Below, one piece after another: positions 30,463 to 42,999 of a DNA stretch of 64,000 nt. A program made the position numbers and the translations under genes. Every line of letters starts with the position of its first letter. Positions within the stretch are counted from its first letter, which is position 1. This stretch comes from Octopus vulgaris (Eukaryota). The DNA lies in NCBI GenBank assembly GCA_951406725.2, contig OX597815.1, forward strand, positions 137,268,001-137,332,000, written 5' to 3'. The notes under the pieces are model-generated. The model worked only from the letters and a program-made list of their open reading frames with translations. It searched no databases and was not told the origin of the DNA.

Positions 30463-30624
30463 TTATTATTATATACTTTTAGTTCCTGTCTACTACCAAA
30501 GAAGCTTTGGTCCGCCCGAGGTTGAACAGAAGTTACTTGCCCAGAGTGCCATGCAGTGGGACTGATCAGGAACCCAGTGGTTGGGAAGCAAACTTTACCA
30601 CACAGCCACGCCTATTTATTTATC

Positions 30625-30697
<73 letters not shown>

Positions 30698-31149
30698 TCC
30701 ATATTCTTGTTTTAGAATCTAATGCGACAAATAAAGAAAATGGTATTTCACATATATCATCGCCGAATTGACAAATGAACACACCAGCGTTTATGCAGTT
30801 ATTTATTTTTACTATTTTACTGCTTAAGACGTAAAATGACTGTCAGCATAAACTCTCTTTTGATAAATCCGTATTTGTCTCTCTGTCTATGCCTTCCTCT
30901 TTTTACTTCATTATCTCTAACATGTATATACATATACAATATGATATTATATTATATTATATTATATTGTATGTATACCCCGTATATATTATAGCTCTCT
31001 TTTGCAACCCTTCAAACTCCAAATGCAAACTCATATTTTTAAGATATTTTGTAAATACTAGATTATTTATTACTCTGCGAAAATATGTAATAAAATGCTT
31101 TCTTGATATAAACAAATTGTATATCTTGTTTGTTGAATACTTTATCTCA

Positions 31150-32150
31150 CTCACGCCCCGCCAAAGGTATAGAAAAAAACCTTTGCAGCAAAGAACAGAA
31201 AACGATATTCATTGCATCAGAGTATTGGATTTCTTTCTCATGTGTAGCACGTTCGTCACAATTTGACAGAGAATAGCAAAAGATTGAAGTCCGAATCTCA
31301 ACAGCGGCTGACAAGTAAATATGTCCGGCAATGGACCATACATAGCTAACTTCCGTTCCTCTGCGTAGCAGCTGGCATGTATAACGTTTTTATGCGCTAT
31401 ATATGTTTGGTGTGTGTTGATACAACAGCAGCAAGAATAAATACATCAACTAACCGCTCAAAAGGAAGTGACCAATATCTTAGGGATTATGAGCCTCTCA
31501 AGAATTACTTCCCAAATGCTTTCCATGCGACTCTAGATTTAGTAGCTTAGCGTATATCATCAATGAAAAACGCACTAAAATTTTTTGTTGTTCTTTTTAT
31601 CTCTTCAATGTTAAGAAAAGTTAGCCCCATAACTGAGTGGTATACACTCTGCACACCGAAAATAATTTGTTAATCATATGTAAATTTCCCATAAATTTAA
31701 GGATGATACTATCATTGATAGGAAATAAACGGCTCTTGGTCATGCGGACGTTATATCACGTCACATTTCGAAGGTTATGTTTTTGTGTTTTTGCAGTCCA
31801 TGGGAAGGTGATTGTTGCAAAATACCTAATAGAGAAGAACAGTGAAACCTATAAAGCCCCAAAATACCTAATAGAGAAGAACAGTGAAATCTATAAAGCC
31901 TCAAGTAGTGACTGAAGATGTCGATTACGTCACATTTCTGCGGAACTTACTACATATGTCAGCAGTAGCTGTTCTAAAATGTCATTAAGTTGCTACCTTT
32001 TAATGTGGCTCGATGTTGCTGCTAAAACAATAAACTATGTCATCGCATGAAAGGTGACCCTGTGATGAAGAAAATACTTCTGTTGTTGAATACATACGTG
32101 TCAACAGAAGAAATATTAACAGAAGAAACCCAGCGAATCTTGCACCGAAT
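31150..32150 (+). pseudogene. Decayed ankyrin-repeat array
   Basis: Across shifting frames: FAAKN (~31180), LGHADVISRHISK (~31735), AVHGKVIVAKYLIEKNSEI (~31793), RNLLHMSAVA..VIKLL..DVAAKT (~31941-32030) and CDEENTSVVEYIRVNRRNINRRN (~32062). All resemble the LHxAAxxGxxxVVKLLLxxGADVN consensus. Confidence 0.55.
31818..31901 (+). repeat. 42-bp tandem duplication (in frame)
   Basis: caaaatacctaatagagaagaacagtgaaa(c/t)ctataaagcc x2. Confidence 0.95.
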
Positions 32151-32534
32151 ACAGATATAAGAGGCGCCTTATATACTTACTTGGGATTGTAAAGAACATT
32201 TATCTACCCTACAAATATGAACATTTCTTTTTTTTTAACTTAATAAGAATTGAGAAAGTTTAAGGACAACTGTTTCGAAGCCCATTGCTTCGTTACCCAA
32301 ATTATAATTCACGTTATGCATATCAGTGCACTTGCCTATGTAAATAAAATCTAAGTGGCATCCTCGAAAAGTCAAGGTTTTAAGGGAAGAATGTGATCAT
32401 TTAGCATTAACTTTAAAAATACAATCAGTAAGCGAAGCAGTAAAAGTGTACAAGATTTTTCTAAAATCGATGCGTTACTTTTCGACGTGGTTTTTATCCC
32501 AGTTCCAATGATAAGGATTGCAACAATGTTTTAG

Positions 32535-32567
<33 letters not shown>

Positions 32568-32706
32568 AAATCTAGACAGCATTATCATTATGATTAAAAC
32601 GAATGAATTAATTATTGCTATTGCCCAAAGTGCCATACTGTTGGACTGAACCTTGGACCTTGTGGTTCTAATGCATTCTTCTTAAATTATTATTATTATT
32701 ATTATT

Positions 32707-33264
32707 GAGTGAGAGAGCAGTTCATGCCATCAAAGTGACACTGGGGTAAAATATACGAACCCCAATATACCCATCATTACTACCCGTCTGATAAAGGTAC
32801 ACCAGGCACATGCATCACAACCATATGTGCGCGACATGGTGATCTCATATCAAGATAAACAGCACATGACCTTGCAGGTGGGGCCCAGTTAGAATTTTTT
32901 TCAGGTTGAGTAGCCCATCCCGCTCAAACGGTCCCTGAATAAGGGTTGTTTAAGGATGTTGAAAGGACCACCCATGTTTCCAGAGGTGAACTATTCAAAC
33001 CCCAAAGAATCCCTCTCAACACATGGCTATGATGCTCCCCCACTACTTCTGCTCGTGATCAGAGATGCACATATCGTCAGCCACTAAGGGACATGGTCAA
33101 CTGGTTAAGGTCAAACGACTGACAAGCAAATCTGTGGTATTGAGCAGAATATTTGCTGTAGCCCATCTTTTATACCAAGACAAAACAATGTACATGATAA
33201 CACTTCCAACCAGTTAAGATCAGAAGCCATGAGAGCCACTGCCTGGTACTGCATCAGGGCATTT
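32707..33264 (-). mobile_element. ~560-bp (AAT)n-tailed element, longest copy
   Basis: Minus strand reads aaatgccctgatgcagtaccaggc...gcatgaactgctctctcactc then (AAT)n. Confidence 0.88.
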
Positions 33265-33710
33265 ATTTTTATCATGCCTAATGCACCTACTATGATAGGA
33301 ATTGTTTCTGTTTTCAGATTCCACATTCTAGTTACCTCTATTTCCAGGTCTTTGTATTTTGAGAGATTCTCCATTTCTTTTAGAGACACGTTGTCATCAG
33401 CCGGTATTGATACATCAATTAGAAAGCATTTTTTTTCTTCATGATCTCTGACAACTATATCTGGTCTGTTGGCCTTAATTTCTCTATCTATGTGTATCAG
33501 CATATCCCAGAGAATGGTTGTTTTCTCGTTTTCTGTGACCTTTTCTGGTGTGTGCCTATACCATCTTTTTTCTGTTGTTATTCCATAATGTTGGCATAGC
33601 TTCCAATGTATGTAGGTTCCAACTCTGTCATGTCTGTGAATATATTCCTTCTTAGCCAGGACTGGGCAGCTAGAGATAATATGATTTATTGTTTCTTGTC
33701 CATCTCTACA
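33265..33710 (-). mobile_element. Dong/R4 LINE REL-domain fragment
   Basis: DREIKANRPDIVV..CFLIDVSIPADDNVSLKEMENLSKYKDLEIEV..IPIIVGALG (PD-(D/E)xK-type REL motifs). Confidence 0.88.
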
Positions 33711-33767
<57 letters not shown>

Positions 33768-33788
33768 TTGTTATTATTATTATTATTG

Positions 33789-33992
33789 AAGGCGGTGAGC
33801 TGGCACACCGGGCGAAATGCTTAGCAGCATTTCGTCTGTCTTTACGTTCTGAGTTCAAATACCACTGGGTGTCGACTTAGCTTTTCATCCTTTCGGGGTC
33901 GATAAAGTAAGTATCATTTGTGTACTAGGATCGATGTAATCGACTGTCCCCCTCACCCAATTGCCGGGCCTTGTGCCTATTGTAGAAAGGAT
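33789..33992 (+). mobile_element. SINE family A
   Basis: Head and core motifs. Confidence 0.8.
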
Positions 33993-34097
33993 CATTAATA
34001 TTTCGGGTTCGATGAAATAAGTACCTGCTGCGCACTGAGGTTGACGTAACGCAATGACCACCCCTCTAAAAGTTTCAGGACATGGGTGTATAGTAGA

Positions 34098-34191
<94 letters not shown>

Positions 34192-34239
34192 TGGCAGTTC
34201 TATTATATTTTTTTGGCAATTTTATATTTATATATTATA

Positions 34240-34517
34240 TGCGCTCTTTCCAAGCCTAGCCAGGCTCATGGGCCCAGTTTCCCGGTTTCTATGGCGTATG
34301 TTTTCCCCCCAGCTGGAGGGGACGCCAGTCCATCACAGCGTTACTCAAGAAACAGGAAGAAAGAGTGAGAGAAAGTTAGGGCGAAAGAGTACAAGAGGGG
34401 TCACCACCACCCTCTGCCGGAGCTTCGTGCAGCTTTAGGTGTTTTCGCTCAATAAACACACACAACGTTTGATCTGGTAATTGATACCGCGAGTCCGCTG
34501 CCCTAACCACTGGGCCA
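34240..34517 (-). mobile_element. SINE family C variant
   Basis: Minus head tggcccagtggttagggcagcggactcgcgg. Tail gatggactggcgtcc..ccagctgg..aacata.gccat.gaaac.gggaaac is shared with 39495-39758. Confidence 0.75.
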
Positions 34518-34962
34518 TTTTTAGCAATTTTAGTAACATAATATGATTTTGAAAACATGAAGTTAAATTGCAATATTTGATATATACACAATTTTATACA
34601 TGCAGTATCAATACTCTAAACTTACGAAATATTTATGCTCATTCGTTTGAGTTAAATTTCCTTTCTAATTATATATATTTTTTATTATTTCTTTATATTT
34701 TAATTACAAGATAAATGGTGATGAATTTTCTCAAAAACTTGTAAAATTTTTGTATCATATTCAATAAGATATTTTGAAGCCAGGTGAAAAGGTGTAAATG
34801 TGTGTTTATGTGTGTGTGTTTTTATCTTATTCTAAATGTTAAGGCCGTTTAGACAAAAAACAACTCAATACATTACAATATGATGTAAAACATTTTAATA
34901 ATACACAGATTATTTCTACCGGATTATCTTCAATTACTAAATTGCAGTTTACATTTTTAAGG

Positions 34963-35019
<57 letters not shown>

Positions 35020-35609
35020 TATGTATGTATTTATGTATGTATGTATGTATGTATGTATGTATGTATGTATGTATGTATGTATTATGTATGTATGTATGTA
35101 TGTAGTAACGAAACAGATACAAACATCTATGTATGTATGTATATACTTACCTTTAACTTCTTTCAGTGGTGAGACTGCGGCCAGACTGGGGCACCGTCTT
35201 GCAGAATTTTGGGTCGAGTGAATCGACTCCCAGTACATTATTTTAAACTTGGTACTTATCCTATCAGACTCCTTTGCCGAATCGCTAAGTTACAAGAACG
35301 TAAACACACCGACACTGGTTGTCAATCAGTGGTACACATACACACACACACATGTGTGTTTGTGTGTGTGTGTAAAGGTAAGATCCACGGATCAAGATAT
35401 AGGGAGATAGTAAGCTTCAAGCAGTCCATACAACGTATAAAAAAAACAACATTCAGGAACAATAGTTGGGTTTTTGACGTCAAAGTTTGTATATTTTTTC
35501 CGTATCGAAGTTCGATAAGCTGAAAAAATTGTTTTATAGGTTACGGTTAGCAGCAGGCGCTGCTGTATATGCTAATAGAAATCTAAAATTAAGGAATGGA
35601 GTAGATAAA

Positions 35610-36135
35610 ATCCAGGCTACATATGTTTCATAGCTGGGAGAACCTGGAAAGTGGTAATTATTCAAACGAGAGATTATCTGCTAGCTACTCGTCGAGTCAA
35701 AAATACCTTAATCAAAAGAGGTTTACATTGTCGTCAAGGGATCCCATTTTGACACGCAGGAGAATCAATTGGGAATGTGTAGGAGACATAGAAACTGAAA
35801 AAAGCATAGTAGTGAAGCAGTAATATTTGGGAGTGGAGTGGCTTATTTCTTCACTAATATACTTTTCTTCCCAATCTGTATGAATTCCACGCATTTGCAA
35901 TCGAATCTCATGCAGATCAACATGGAATCCCTTGACGACAATGAAGACTTCTTTTGATTAAGGTACCTTTAGCCCGAGGAGTAGGTAGGGGATTAACCCA
36001 CGTTCGGATGATATGTAGCCTGATATCCAGGCTACATATGTTTGGGTTCATAGATAGTAGTAATCATCCAAACGAGAGGTAATCCGCTAGCTACTCCTCG
36101 GGCTAAAGATACCTTGATCAAAAGAAGTTTACATT
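35610..36135. mobile_element. Three alternately oriented copies of a hammerhead-bearing repeat
   Basis: ccaggctacatatg...gctagctactc..g..aaa.atacctt.atcaaaaga at 35612, reverse-complemented at ~35880-36022, and again at 36027. Confidence 0.75.
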
Positions 36136-36729
36136 TACGACGGGTTTCCTTCAGTTTCCGTCTACCAAAGCTCCGGTTGGCTCGAGGTTATAGTAAAAGG
36201 CACATACCTAAGGTGCAGCGCAGCAGGACTGAACCCGGTACCATGTTGTTGGGAAGCAAGTTTCTTACCACACAGCCACATCTACGCTTATACAAAGGCA
36301 GAGTGGGAGAGGGAAGTAGTTAGATGCACACACACATACACACACACACTCACACGGATGCACGCACGCTCACACGGCACCTCAAATACGATGAAATAAT
36401 TAACATACCATAAATACGATGAGATAATTAACACACCAGAATTACAATGAAATACCTTTAAAAAATCCATGAAGGGATGCAAGTTTCATATAGAAAACGC
36501 CATAACGCCGATTATAAAATAAATAGCACATGATTAGACTGACATGCTTAATGTAAATTGCTACGTAAAAACTATGCGGAAACTTATCAGATATACAAAT
36601 ACATACATACATACATACATACATACATACATACATACATACATACATACATACATACATACATACATACATACATACGCAAACACACACACACAGACAC
36701 ACATATATATGTATATGCGTATATATATG

Positions 36730-36763
<34 letters not shown>

Positions 36764-36787
36764 TAAGAAAGTTATATATATATGTTA

Positions 36788-37287
36788 CTGGTGAAGGCTC
36801 GTTTATAGTGTTATCCTGGGTTTCTCGCCATAAACGATACAGCTACAAACAATGGTGATTACATCCCTTTGCTACTGGTCATCAGCTTCCGGCTGTATCG
36901 TCCTCCTTCAGCTACGCCACCTGTCGTATGTCGTAAAGGGTGTGGGGGGGTTTCTCCCACTCTCATCATTATATTGCCATTATAAAAAGAGCGGTATTAC
37001 AGATAATTATATCACAGCTGGAAATTGATCGCTGCTGAGAGTGGGAGATAAACCCCTAAATTTTACCTTCATAGCCGAGAGGTGACGTAGCTGAAGGACG
37101 ACGGCATAGCCGAAAGCTGATGACCAACAGCAAAGGGAGATAATCTCCATTGTTTGTATGTATCATTTCCCCACTCCATATTTTAAAGAGTCCATAGGCC
37201 AACTGGTCTTAGGGTCTAAAGATACACCATAAAGGTAAACTTTATAGCGAGAAACCCAGGGTAACTCTATAAACCGGCCTCCACCAG
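36788..37287. mobile_element. Fold-back element, ~170-bp diverged arms, between microsatellites
   Basis: ctggtgaaggc..tttatag.gttatcctgggtttctcgc...tctcccactctc versus gagagtgggaga...gcgagaaacccagggtaactctataaaccggcctccaccag. ~70-bp insertion in the right arm. Confidence 0.8.
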
Positions 37288-37307
37288 AAAAAGATATATC
37301 TATATGC

Positions 37308-37375
<68 letters not shown>

Positions 37376-37379
37376 TATA

Positions 37380-37443
<64 letters not shown>

Positions 37444-38007
37444 GATATATATATATATCGATGGATACGTATATATTAGAGTGATATCGATGGATACGAA
37501 TATATTAGAGTACAAAATATGCAGTTACGTTTCTACTAGGTCAGTTCAATGTTGACATGGATCAAATTCGAAACCTCACCCCAACCAAAATCGAAATCAA
37601 TAAAGTAAGTACCTGCCTGGAGAGAAAAAAAAACTCGTTGAATCAAATGACCGACGAAAACCTTTCAAGGTGTCGACGTACCACAGTGTAACCGCAACCG
37701 GAAGAGTGTGGGGAATATGTATGTATGTATGTATGTAAGTATGTATGTATGTATGTATGTATGTATGTATGTATGCATGTATGTATGTATGTATGTATGT
37801 ATGTATGTATGTATGTATGCATGTATGTATGTATGTGTGTATGTATGTATGTATGTGTGTATGCATGTATGCATATATACACACAGACACACACACACAC
37901 ATATACATATATGAATACATATATATGATGGATGTATTTGAGATTATGTATTAAATATGCAATGCGTTTGAGCATAGTTCTCTCTCTCACTCTCTCTCTC
38001 TCTTTCC

Positions 38008-38091
<84 letters not shown>

Positions 38092-38125
38092 ATTGGAAAT
38101 GGATTTTGTAATAGACCTTTATTAG

Positions 38126-38170
38126 GTACAACACATCTTTCGACCCATCAGTCTGGGTCTCCTCGGGTAC
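38126..38170 (-). ncRNA. Type I hammerhead-like motif, CCGAGGA core
   Basis: Minus: gtac CCGAGGA gaccca-gactga-tgggtc GAAA gatgt GTT gtac. Helix I 4 bp, helix II 6 bp perfect, helix III mismatched. Next to (TA)n. Confidence 0.6.
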
Positions 38171-38277
38171 ATCGTGCTGCTACTGTATAAATCTCTCTGA
38201 GAGAATTATCAACGTAATATTTCTAATTATGTATTTAATATTTTTTTTATAATTTATACTGTACAATGGACATAAAA

Positions 38278-38430
38278 GGTGTGTGACTCAGTGGTAAGGG
38301 GTATTGCACTCACTATCGCAATATCATGGTCACAATTCCCAGACCGGTGACGCTATGTTTATGAGCAAAACACTTCATTTCCAGTTGCTCCAGTCCATAC
38401 AGCTGCCCATGAGTAACCGCGAGACAGAAT
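38278..38430 (+). mobile_element. SINE family C, diverged
   Basis: tgactcagtggtaaggg head and gagcaaaacacttcatttc..gttgctccagtcca core. Confidence 0.7.
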
Positions 38431-38619
38431 GGTATTTCACTCATTGGATTAGTGTTGGCTTACACGGCAAACCAGCGGCGTGACATACTTAGGCTACAAA
38501 AATGGAAAGAAACACATTCCGACCATTTGTGTAGAACAGTACCCGATAATCCGGTCGATTCCATAAAACTATCTTGTTTGTGTGTGTGTGGTTCTCTCTT
38601 CTCTCTCTCTCTCTCTCTC

Positions 38620-38668
<49 letters not shown>

Positions 38669-38758
38669 CTCTTTGTATATCTATATATATAAATATATAT
38701 CAAATGGGTGTCCTATAAAATCTATTCCGCACATACAATAACAGCTATACCAACAATT

Positions 38759-38812
<54 letters not shown>

Positions 38813-38956
38813 CCTCCGGCGAATTGCACGCTAAGTTGTTCGCTGTACTTAATGTTCTATAGTGACCATTTTACAGACGCAGAAATGGTGCGCTGAATTA
38901 TGTATTAATACGTATGTGTACATGGGCGTGTATGTTTATACATATACATAAATACC

Positions 38957-39106
<150 letters not shown>

Positions 39107-39494
39107 CATGAATATCTGTTCGCTGGTGTATTTGTTTTAGACGATGTGATTACAAAACACACGAAATTCAGCAGTGTAAAGGAACTTTGAGAAACCACAT
39201 GGTTTCCACCCTAATGTGTGCCTCCTCAGTCAAGCCGATGGTTCTAACATGAATACAGAGTCTTCTTTATAGAAATCAGCAAATAAATCATTTGCCGAGG
39301 CAGGCTGATATCTGCCAAACAGATAGTAACTTATGATTTATGAGATTAAAGCTGGTAATGAATAGGTACGTTATTCTTTTGGATTTCTGCAGTTTATCCG
39401 TTATCTGAAATGATGGTGGTTAGAAGTATTAATGATTCGGAATTTTTTTCGGATTTTCGAATGACTGTATATTTGCATCTCTAAATCTGGACAT

Positions 39495-39758
39495 GTGGAG
39501 ACGCGTGGCTCAGTGGCTAGGGTGTCAGCATCATGGTCGTAAGATTGTGGTTTCGATTCCTGGACGGAGCGACGCGTTGTGTTCTTGAGCAAAACACTTC
39601 ATTTCAGGTTGCTCCAGTCCACTCAGCTGGCAAAAATGAGTAACGCTGCGATGGACTGGCGTCCCGTCCAGCTGGAGAACACATATGCCATTGAAACAGG
39701 GAAACCGGGTCCATGAACCTGGTTAGACTTTAAAAGGGAGCATTAATTTTTTTTTTTT
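39495..39758 (+). mobile_element. SINE family C with 11-bp TSD
   Basis: A box tggctcagtgg, B box gtttcgattcc. TSD aatctggacat at 39484-39494 and 39759-39769. Confidence 0.88.
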
Positions 39759-40227
39759 AATCTGGACATACTGGGAAGAGGATGCGGTGTTTGTTCAATT
39801 GCGTACTTATCACAGTACGCCGTGGGCTTATTTCCTCTCTAACAAAACATATCTGTGCCCGTTAGACTTTCATATCTCCTCGACAGCTACATGCAAACAA
39901 ACACTCGTCACTTTCGCTTTTTACACTCATGTTTTATGCTTGTCTCTACCTTTTCATTTTTAATAACCTTTCATAAATAAGATAAAAAAGAAAAAAATAG
40001 TTTGATATAATTTGAACAAAACATTTTCCAGTTGTTTGATATTGGTTCTCGAAAGTTGGAAAGCAGTAGTCGATCAATCGATAAGTAAACAAAGCAGACT
40101 TTCCTGGACAAATAGTAAAAATTAAGTCACTTGTTTCTCCGCTATTATCAAAACTTTTATAAGACGGAAACTAATATATTAGTGACATACAGTGTATACA
40201 TACAAACCGTCTTAACTCCGATTACTG

Positions 40228-40314
<87 letters not shown>

Positions 40315-42139
40315 CATACATACATATAAACGTGTAGTTTTAACCTTATTCTTGCAGTTTACTTTGGGGATTGCGGATTCAGAGAGACAGAACGAATGAG
40401 AGACAGAAATATAGATGGCATTATGTATAGAGAAAATTGCATCGTATAAATGCTTATACAAGCACACGCACACGCACACACACATATACATATGTGTGTG
40501 TGTGTGTGTCGTAAGAATGCTTATATATATATATAAACATTCTGTTGCCTGAAGATAGTTTGCAGAAGTTGAAAAATTGCTCTCAAACTATGGTTGTAAG
40601 ATATTTTTCAGTTGCGTATCTTCCATAGTTATCTGAGTTGAGTCATTATGCAGAGATACCAATTCGACGGAGTCGTGTTATAGTTGTGCTGGCGCTATCA
40701 GTTTGTATTCTTGTCGATCCCTGTGGCAGCCCCTGCCCAGTTTTCAGTATAGACGAGCATCACAGAAATCAGAATATCAATGGCTATCTGTGACAGCCAT
40801 TTTCCAAACATAGAAAGATGCCTTTTGCAGCAACCGTTTTAGCTCTCCATTTTGTAGCCAGTTCATGAAGTCGATTGTGAAATCTTCTCCATTCTTCTCT
40901 CTTTTTTTTCTTTTTTTTTTTACTGTATCGGAGAACATCCTGATTTTATTGCTAAGAGAAAATTAAATGATGCGGCTAAATATATTTTCTGATAGTTCAC
41001 AGATACGGTAGTGATACAATCGATGTCATATAGATTATATAAGCGAAATTCCAAGTAGTGAAAAAGACTTTTTAATTCCGGTATAAATGTTGGTAAGTAA
41101 AGACATCTCTTTTATTTGAAACAAAAGAGAAAAGAACTAGGCTTCTTTAGATCGACATAGTTGCAGGGAAAGGCTTAGAGACATTTTAGGTAATTCTCCG
41201 TGCCAGTAGGTCTATCGCTGACGGTACAGTTTGTGTGTATGCATGCATTTATGTATGTATGTATTTACGTACGTATGTATTTATAGGTATATATATGTTT
41301 GTGTGAATATACAGTAATGCCTCACTTTACGAGACCACGGTTTACCAGTTTTATTTTATGATAAATATTAAAAGGTTAAACAGCGATTTTGTCTGTGGCA
41401 GCGTCGCAACATGTGACAACACTGGTTCTGACGCATCTACACAGCAACGGAGTGAAATGGCGGCATAAATTTTCATTGCTACTTTGAGAAATAATTGTTC
41501 TGGTTTACGATTTTCCGTTTTACGAGCAATCTCCGGGAACAAATATATCGAAGCATTACTGTATATGGATTGTACGTATGTATGAACGTATGTATGTATG
41601 TATGTATGTATGTATGTATGTATGTATGTATGTATGTATGTATGTGTAATGTGCAAGTTTGTGTGAATGTATACCAGCTTACAAGGAACTGAGGTGATCA
41701 TTCGAACTTACAGAAATAGGCACCACATTTCCTTGAGATCACACAAATTACTATATTTAAAAAGAAGGACACGCTAGATAATTTAGACCGATATGCAAAA
41801 ACAAGAAATACGCTGACTTCTAAAACATCATTTATCAGAGATCAAAATCCTTAATACAGCAGCAAGTCTCAGAAAAACCTTGCCGATAAATATAGCTGTA
41901 TCTGTACATAAAATAACGAGATATACAAGCAACCTCTGCCCGTAAGTCGCTTCGAGGGATTTATGAGGGTTCAATTACTCAGAAATGACGCTTAGATCAA
42001 CTTATGTCGCCATATTTGTAATTAGTACATGTAGATTGCAAAATATGCATTTCACTACTTTGGATTTCGCTAATACAACCATAGCTACTATAATCGCTAA
42101 TATAAACATAACTGAGGTGGTGACCTGGAAGAATCTTTA

Positions 42140-42332
42140 GCTCGCCGAGCAAAATGCTTAGCGACATTTCGTCCGTTTATATGTCCTGAGTTCAAATTCC
42201 GCCGAGGTCGACTTTGCTTTTAATCCTTTCGAAATCGATGAAATAAGTACTGATTGAACACTGGGATCGATATAAGTGACTTATACTCTCTCTCGAACTT
42301 GATGGCCTTGTGCTAAAATTTGAAATCAATAT
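42140..42332 (+). mobile_element. SINE family A, 5'-truncated
   Basis: gagttcaaattccgccgaggtcgactttgc core. Confidence 0.82.
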
Positions 42333-42999
42333 ATGCATAGCTAATACTGACAACAACAGCAACAACAATACTAAATCTACATATGTACATGTACTGTGAC
42401 AACCATCATTGACAACGAAAACGACAAAAAAAAAAGACCATTTTGCAGAACCTTTACTTAGTAAGAGAGCGAGACAGAGACAGAGAGAGTAGACAGATAT
42501 ACTCTACAGACTTGACAGCAACTAACGGTTGCTCAAACTGCTAGAAATAGCAGTCACATATCCCACACAACACGAGCACTACGGGTTCAAAAATGGAAGA
42601 TGGTATTGGATAAAGTAATTTTTCTTTATACCTAGAGACAGTCAATCAATCGCAGCTTCAAATTTTATCATGGACTGTATTACTAAAAATTAGCGGCCAG
42701 TCTAACAAAAATATTGCTCATATAACGATATGTATATATGCATATAAATACACATACATATACACATGCGCACACACTTAAACAAACACACACACACAAT
42801 TGCGCGCGCGCACAGATCTATAATAAATATTTAAAATATTTTTTTTTATATTTCCCATTCAGTTATGCACCTTATGCATGTCATTGTCAAAATACACCCA
42901 TTCTTCCTCTCTTTCTCCCTCCCTCTCTCCCTATCTCTCTCTAATATATTTATATATATATATCTTCCTCTCTCTCTCTCACATACACATGTATGTATG

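Noticed and set aside
33150-33264. HDV-like ribozyme or tRNA-Sec origin for the head of the 560-bp element
   Set aside because: Only a GCCCTGA/TCATGGC pairing. No L3/P1.1/J4-2 topology and no cloverleaf.
40545-40599. ttgc CTGAAGA...CAAAC tatg GTT gtaa
   Set aside because: G12 is missing and helix II is broken. Counted only as weak supporting decay.
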